A stretch of DNA of 11,979 nt from Pseudomonadota bacterium. GTDB lineage: Bacteria; Bdellovibrionota_B; Oligoflexia; Oligoflexales; CAIMVM01. The DNA lies in contig JBAXBA010000102.1 in NCBI GenBank assembly GCA_037142195.1, positions 1 to 11,979 on the forward strand. The letters run 5' to 3'. The number at the start of each line of letters is the position of its first letter. The first letter of the stretch is position 1. A model generated the notes under the pieces. It did no database searches and was not told the origin of the DNA. It saw only the letters and a program-made list of their open reading frames with translations. Position numbers and translations under genes: made by a program. Below are positions 6,900 through 11,979 of the stretch, piece by piece.

Positions 6900-7823
6900 A
6901 TGGATGCCGGGCGACTCAAGATTTTAAAGGAAATCAGATCTCATTTTTTAAAAGATGCACCGTCAACTACCAAGGATTATTGGGAATCTACCGAAGCCCT
7001 GGAAGCCTATGATGCGGTTTTTGCCCGCCGAATTCAGTGGAAATGGCAGTCGGTTCTAAGAGAGCTTGCGGATTTGAAAATTGATCTACCTCTGGGACGA
7101 GTGCTGGACTATGGCTCAGGTACGGGAGTCGCTTCTGAAAGCCTGGGCCAGCTGTTCCAGCGAGAGTACCTCCTTTTTGATCGTAGCCAACGTGCAATGG
7201 CCTTTGCACAAAAGAAACTTCAAAATCTTGGTTTCAAGTGCACGAAAGTAAACTCTATTGAGAATTTGGCCTATGACACCTTTATAGCAAGTCATATTTT
7301 TTCTGAACTTGAAGATGCGGAAGTTCTAAAAGTCACGAAGGCAGCTGAAAGATCCCAGTTTTTGATTCTTGTCGATGCAGGCACTCCCGCAGTCTCTAAA
7401 AAGCTGATCAACCTTAGAGACGAACTTTTAGAAAAATCATGGTTTGTCGTAGCTCCATGCACTCATCTGAATCCCTGTCCCATTGGAAAATCAACGAGTG
7501 ATTGGTGCCATTTCTTTGCAAAACCGCCATCTTCTATTTTTACAGATTCCACTTGGGGGAAGCTAGCAAGGGAGTTAAATATTGATCTTCGATCTCTTCC
7601 CTTGAGCTATCTCATCATGTCAAAGACCCCTGTGAAGCTCGATGGAGCCGACCGTCTCATTGGCAGATTAAAGCGAAATGGACAGGAAACTCAATTTCAT
7701 AGTTGTGGGGCCAAAGGATTTTGTTTGAACAAAATGAAAATTCCTAAAAAGAAGATCAAAGAAATTGAGAAAGATTCGTTTTGTTCCTTCCCACTTTTAA
7801 GCGAATCAGAAGCTGAATCCTGA
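6900..7823 (+). CDS. Rsm22/METTL17-like small ribosomal subunit methyltransferase-fold protein
   Basis: VLDYGSGTG, LVDAGTP, LINLRD.L, VVAPCTH...CP, DWCHF and LSYL. SD GGAGG at 6887-6891. Confidence 0.8.
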   Translation: MDAGRLKILKEIRSHFLKDAPSTTKDYWESTEALEAYDAVFARRIQWKWQSVLRELADLKIDLPLGRVLDYGSGTGVASESLGQLFQREYLLFDRSQRAMAFAQKKLQNLGFKCTKVNSIENLAYDTFIASHIFSELEDAEVLKVTKAAERSQFLILVDAGTPAVSKKLINLRDELLEKSWFVVAPCTHLNPCPIGKSTSDWCHFFAKPPSSIFTDSTWGKLARELNIDLRSLPLSYLIMSKTPVKLDGADRLIGRLKRNGQETQFHSCGAKGFCLNKMKIPKKKIKEIEKDSFCSFPLLSESEAES

Positions 7824-7887
7824 GGGGATGTGTTCAAAAAAGCTTGGAACCAAAAGTGTTCATTATCTTTTTTAGTTAGCATTTGCT

Positions 7888-7918
7888 TTGCCTGATCTAA
7901 GCAATTTAGATCAGGCAA
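7888..7918. terminator. Probable bidirectional terminator hairpin between convergent genes
   Basis: Perfect 13-bp arms TTGCCTGATCTAA and TTAGATCAGGCAA with a 5-nt loop, between the stops at 7823 (+) and 7940 (-). Confidence 0.65.
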
Positions 7919-7939
7919 GGCTCTCGGAAAGAGTTCAGT

Positions 7940-8707
7940 CTACAGCTGATGATAGATATTCTGGGGGCAGATGAGGGATTGTAATTCGCTGGAAATCGCA
8001 AGTTCGGGATAAGGCTCAAATGCCTTAATACCTTCAGGAAATGAGGGATAATTCGAGGCACCGTCAGTTCCATCTGCCCAATATTGAGCGGCTTCTTCAC
8101 CACTAAATCCGCAAAACTGCCTAAGTGCTACTGCGGACATAAAGCCCGAGGAGTGCCGGCCTGACCAGCAGTGGATATAAATGGGATGGGGAACTCGGTC
8201 TTCAGCGGACTCTTTAATGGCTTCCAAAAGCTCTTTGATGACTTGGGGCTTTGGAATGGCAACTCTTTCCTTGGTAACTTCAACAGGAACTTTCGAAGTA
8301 TAGGTTATGGAACCATCTTGTTGATTTTTCTTCACGCAAGAAAACGGGCCTTGGGGAAAAACACTTTCATAAAGGTAAACCACGCTTCCGAAATCTTCAC
8401 TGCAAAGGCGACTTAAGGTGTTTTGATCAAGGGGGGGAGCTTTCGGATCATAATTAGGATCTAAGCTTGCAGCCGTTCCGCCGCGGTATAGAACCCCGTG
8501 AAGTACGGTACGAACGTTTGTGGTTCCTTGCAAGCTGGCATCGCCAACTCCTTTGGCATCAACGATCTTAGACATGAGATCATTGCCCTGTCCGAGCCAA
8601 GGTGCATACTTTGATTTAAATTGTATAACGCGTTCCTTAGGAAGAGGCGTTTCAAAAGCCAGAGAAGTTTGAGCCAGGAGGACAGTTAAAATAACAAGAA
8701 TTTTCAT
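7940..8707 (-). CDS. Secreted tyrosine/dual-specificity phosphatase-fold protein with non-canonical P-loop
   Basis: Signal peptide MKILVILTVLLAQTSLA. NVRTVLHGVLYRGG resembles the DSP N-terminal LYR.G motif, and PIYIHCWSGRHSSG is the P-loop. ATG 8707 follows GGGAG. Confidence 0.7.
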   Translation of the reverse strand: MKILVILTVLLAQTSLAFETPLPKERVIQFKSKYAPWLGQGNDLMSKIVDAKGVGDASLQGTTNVRTVLHGVLYRGGTAASLDPNYDPKAPPLDQNTLSRLCSEDFGSVVYLYESVFPQGPFSCVKKNQQDGSITYTSKVPVEVTKERVAIPKPQVIKELLEAIKESAEDRVPHPIYIHCWSGRHSSGFMSAVALRQFCGFSGEEAAQYWADGTDGASNYPSFPEGIKAFEPYPELAISSELQSLICPQNIYHQL

Positions 8708-8756
8708 GGGACTCCCACTCATTAACAAATAAGGAAAACTTGGGCCTGTGTTTTAA

Positions 8757-8785
8757 ATTATAGCACCAGTTGGCCAGTCGGTCAA
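8757..8785 (-). promoter_or_regulatory. Near-consensus sigma70 promoter for the phosphatase-like gene
   Basis: Minus strand TTGACC, 17 bp, TATAAT, with an extended -10 TG. Confidence 0.8.
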
Positions 8786-8953
8786 TATAGCATATCTGCC
8801 ACTTTCTCAAGAGGAATCTTTGTTTTGGGGCCCAAGCGTTGGAAATAGTTCTCTCTAATTGTGTGGGGGGAGGTGGGACTTCCAGCGGGCTGAAACGGTT
8901 TATGGCCTTTAACTTTTCAAATAGAGCGGCTTTGAGGGATTCTTATTCAAGGT

Positions 8954-9067
8954 TCAGAGCTTACATTCATGCCAGTAGGCATCGATCTCTTTATAATTGG
9001 GAGGAGGTGGAGGAGTAAACACCTCCCAATATCCAATCAGAAAATCTAAGTAGTCATCAAATGTCAT
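8954..9067 (-). CDS. Unannotated 37-aa protein translationally coupled to the nucleotidyltransferase
   Basis: MTFDDYLDFLIGYWEVFTPPPPPNYKEIDAYWHECKL-stop. Its start overlaps the upstream stop as ATGA, with AAAGGA just before it. Confidence 0.65.
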   Translation of the reverse strand: MTFDDYLDFLIGYWEVFTPPPPPNYKEIDAYWHECKL

Positions 9068-9576
9068 AAATCCTTTCTTAGAAGCAATATTTCCTCCCAT
9101 TGGTCAAAGAGGTCGGCATACTGTTTCACACGGTTAAGATCGACGCTGGGATTGGTACGCATAAGAGCTAAGATATCTGCCTTGTCTTGGAGCTTTCGTT
9201 TAGGATTATTACAATAGGCTTGAATTTTTAGGCCTATCAGTCCTTCAGCGCTGACTGCTTTGACGCCTAGTTTTGGAATCTGTGTCGCTTCACGAAGCAT
9301 TTCTTGACTGAGGGGTCTTCGCGCTAGAATAAAGTCTATGGCATAATCTCCGACGAAATGGAGAACCTCTTCAGTCGCTGCAGCCAAGGACCAATGGAAA
9401 CGGGGAAGATTTGCGATGAGTATGTCGCGGTCAGCTTCATTCACGAGAAAATCAATATCATTCGTAGCCCGGTGGACGCCATGGGCAGCTAAAGCAAAGC
9501 CTCCGATCAGGGCGTGGTTGACGCCAAGGTCGGTTAGGATTTTGTCTATGACTATAAGGGATTCTACAAGATTCAT
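9064..9576 (-). CDS. Pol-beta-superfamily nucleotidyltransferase (DUF6036/AbiEii-like)
   Basis: LIGGFALAAHGVHRATNDIDFLV (GG...R.T.DxD), a third acidic residue in AIDF, LIGLK, and R..QD.ADI. Confidence 0.85.
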   Translation of the reverse strand: MNLVESLIVIDKILTDLGVNHALIGGFALAAHGVHRATNDIDFLVNEADRDILIANLPRFHWSLAAATEEVLHFVGDYAIDFILARRPLSQEMLREATQIPKLGVKAVSAEGLIGLKIQAYCNNPKRKLQDKADILALMRTNPSVDLNRVKQYADLFDQWEEILLLRKDL

Positions 9577-9643
9577 TTCTTCCCTAGCATTAAGAAATAG
9601 GCTTTAGAGAATATGTTTCGTGTCTAAGATAGCACTAAAAACC

Positions 9644-10270
9644 TTAGTTATTTGAAATCGTTTCCGCTTTCTTTCTGCGGTAGACAAACCAAATAACTCC
9701 AAGAATCAACAGGGCGATAAGGCTAAAAATGACCATTTGGGTTTGCTTCATGACTCTTTCCAAATCTTCTAAATGTCCGGCAAAAAAATATCCCACCCAA
9801 ACCCAGGCCGGCACAGAGACTAACGCAGCGACACCATCAAAGACCCAAAACTTCCAGGGAGGTACGCCGAAGCTTCCTGAGGAAAGAAAAATGGGCATTC
9901 TTAGTCCTGGCATAAAGCGGGCAGCGAGTACGACTTTTTCTCCATATTTTTTAAAAACTAGTCTCGTTTTTTCCATTCTTTGTTCATTTAGGAACAGCTT
10001 AAAGGGCCATTTTGAAGTAATCCTTGGCCCGTAATGGCGCCCTAAGTGAAAAATGATGCCATCACCTATAAGGACACCCCCAAAGGTGACTGCAAGTACT
10101 AACTCAATTTTGCAAACTCCTGCAGCAACCAAAATGCCACCAGTCACAAGGACAACGTCTTCCGGCAAAGGAAGGCCAAAGCCGCAGGCTATGAGAATTA
10201 AAAAAATCGCGAGGTATGCTAAATGGCCATAGGCCATGAGGGTTTCAGACAATTTCAGCAAGAGTTCCAT
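9644..10270 (-). CDS. dedA: DedA family membrane protein
   Basis: GLPLPED, GVLIGD...F.LGRHYG, F.KYG...V..ARFMPGLR and several hydrophobic segments. Confidence 0.93.
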   Translation of the reverse strand: MELLLKLSETLMAYGHLAYLAIFLILIACGFGLPLPEDVVLVTGGILVAAGVCKIELVLAVTFGGVLIGDGIIFHLGRHYGPRITSKWPFKLFLNEQRMEKTRLVFKKYGEKVVLAARFMPGLRMPIFLSSGSFGVPPWKFWVFDGVAALVSVPAWVWVGYFFAGHLEDLERVMKQTQMVIFSLIALLILGVIWFVYRRKKAETISNN

Positions 10271-10375
10271 GACATGGTTCCAAAAAATATGGGGGGATTA
10301 TACAGGTTTTAGCGACAAGGTCACTTCTTTAAGGAGTCTATTCTACGTACTTCCTGACTAAAGTCCTATTAAGAT

Positions 10376-11641
10376 TTAGATAAACAATCCTATGATGGCT
10401 CCACACATAGCAGAAGCAAACATGCCAGCAATCATGGCCTTAAGCCCTAACGATGCGATTTCACTCTTTTTATTGGGGGCCAGGCTTCCTATGCCGCCGA
10501 TTTGTATGGCTATAGAGGCAAAATTGGCAAACCCACAAAGTGCATAGCTCATGATCACCGCCGAGCGCTGATCCATGGACTTTCCATTTTGAGCAAAATC
10601 CATATAGGCTACAAACTCATTGAGCATGATCTTTTTACCCAGCAGCTGACCAGCATAAGCAATATGCTCATGGGCAACTCCTAGGCTCCAGGCAAAGGGG
10701 GCGAAGACCCAACCCAAAATGAGCTCTAAACTCACTGGCTGTCCTATCATGGCCGTAAGGTGGGCTTTATCTGCAAACCAACCGATAACCGAATTTCCAA
10801 AGCTTAATAGGGCGATAAAAGCTAAAAGCATGCCGCCGATGGCGATGGCAAGTTGGGTGCCTTCATAGGCTGAAGTGGCAGCCGCTTCGATCCCATTGGT
10901 ATAGATAGATTTAGCGTCTTTAACTAATGTACCCGCTGTTTTAGGTGATTTTGTCTCGGGGACGATGATTTTTGCAAAAACGATGCTCGCTGGCGCACTC
11001 ATGACGCTAACGGTTAACAAATGAGCTGCTATATCTGGGATCATTCCCGAGAGCATGCCTACATAAGCAGCCAAGACTCCCCCCGCGACATTGGCGAATC
11101 CACCGACCATAATGCACATGATTTCACTTCTCGTCATTTCACCGACATAAGGCTTTATTAAAAGCGGGGCTTCGGTTTGGCCAAGAAAAATATTCCCGGC
11201 TGTAGACAGGCTTTCTGCGCCGCTAATATTTAGAAAGCGGTACATGATCCAGGAAAGCCCATGTACAATTTTTTGCATAATGCCGTAGTGGTAGAGAACG
11301 CCCATGAAGGCAGCAAAGAACACGATAGTGGGAAGTACCTTTACAGCAAAAATATAGCTTCCGATCACTTCGGGATGTGCAAGTGATCCAAACAGGAAAT
11401 CAGTTCCTTTATCCACATGAGATAAAATTCCACCAATGGCATCATTCGCTAGTTGAAACAGCGGATTTAGGGGGCCTTTAATGCCCAGTTTGGGAATGCC
11501 TGCAATGAGTATCGCAAGGGCAAACTGCATCCCTACTGCGATGGAAATGGGCTTCCATTTAATGGCCCGACGATTTTCGCTCATTCCAAAAGAAATGGCC
11601 ATCATGGCAAAGATTCCAATTAGGCCCGTCAGGTTCGTCAT
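10376..11641 (-). CDS. nupC: NupC/CNT family concentrative nucleoside transporter
   Basis: SENRRAI.W, FLFG, VLPTIVFF, GAESL...NIFLGQTEAPL, MTRSE, MSAPA, NEFVAY and YALCGFANFASIAIQIGG. Confidence 0.95.
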   Translation of the reverse strand: MTNLTGLIGIFAMMAISFGMSENRRAIKWKPISIAVGMQFALAILIAGIPKLGIKGPLNPLFQLANDAIGGILSHVDKGTDFLFGSLAHPEVIGSYIFAVKVLPTIVFFAAFMGVLYHYGIMQKIVHGLSWIMYRFLNISGAESLSTAGNIFLGQTEAPLLIKPYVGEMTRSEIMCIMVGGFANVAGGVLAAYVGMLSGMIPDIAAHLLTVSVMSAPASIVFAKIIVPETKSPKTAGTLVKDAKSIYTNGIEAAATSAYEGTQLAIAIGGMLLAFIALLSFGNSVIGWFADKAHLTAMIGQPVSLELILGWVFAPFAWSLGVAHEHIAYAGQLLGKKIMLNEFVAYMDFAQNGKSMDQRSAVIMSYALCGFANFASIAIQIGGIGSLAPNKKSEIASLGLKAMIAGMFASAMCGAIIGLFI

Positions 11642-11752
11642 CTAGAATTTCATCCTTTTCGTAGTTATTCTTCCTAGGGATATATCCTTAAGAGTCATTC
11701 TTCTTCCCGGCCCAACATGTTCAGGTTATGTGTCTCTATCTAGGAGGCGAAG

Positions 11753-11761
11753 ACTATAGCA
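11753..11761 (-). promoter_or_regulatory. Possible extended -10 promoter for nupC
   Basis: Minus strand TGCTATAGT lies ~110 nt upstream of ATG 11641. There is no convincing -35. Confidence 0.3.
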
Positions 11762-11979
11762 TAACATTTCCTTACAAAGCAGTAAGAATGGAGGTTTGCC
11801 ATCTTATTTCTAAGGTAGGAACTACGCAACATCATGGCACTGCGCCATTTCAAAGCCTTTTCATTTTATGCCAATGAATATTCGGTGCGCCACGAGGTGC
11901 ACATTTGACAACGGGTTAGAATCTCGTCGGGTAAGTGGCGACCCACCACACCCGTACCTAGGTTTAGGTTTATGGAGGT

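Noticed and set aside
4947..10684. Short overlapping ORFs 4947-5153, 6755-7012, 6988-7209, 7697-7918, 7906-8103, 8171-8416, 8461-8655, 9416-9607, 9729-10034 and 10502-10684
   Set aside because: They are antisense or alternate-frame shadows of well-supported genes.
11642..11979. Purine riboswitch upstream of nupC, and sigma54 or NtrC-like sites (TGGCAC, TGCGCC...GGTGCA)
   Set aside because: No purine aptamer core motifs are present, TGGCAC lacks a correctly spaced TTGC, and the NtrC-like spacing is off. The terminal GGAGGT may be the SD of a gene beyond the window, but this cannot be verified.

Overview
Bacterial genomic window, possibly Bdellovibrionota/Oligoflexia-like (a weak inference from gene content). 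The left ~4.9 kb looks accessory. It holds an AAA_14/DUF4143 ATPase, a higBA-type toxin-antitoxin operon with a clear promoter and operator, a YycE-like VOC gene, a frameshifted GNAT-like gene and short ORF remnants. The most striking signal is non-coding: two copies of a groEL-like 3' tail (GGMGGMM on the minus strand, 1403-1425 and 2508-2530). Each is followed ~25 bp later by a 10-bp-period array of TTGGTA[T/C]-like motifs. I read these as tandem attachment-site scars of integrative elements targeting the groEL 3' end, bracketing the TA module. The right part looks more chromosomal: a secreted beta-barrel protein with a Lys-rich tail, two divergent methyltransferase-fold genes (Methyltransf_32-like and Rsm22-like), a secreted phosphatase-fold protein lacking the CX5R arginine, a nucleotidyltransferase coupled to an unannotated 37-aa ORF, DedA and a NupC-family transporter. 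I saw no rRNA, tRNA, CRISPR array, integrase or transposase.
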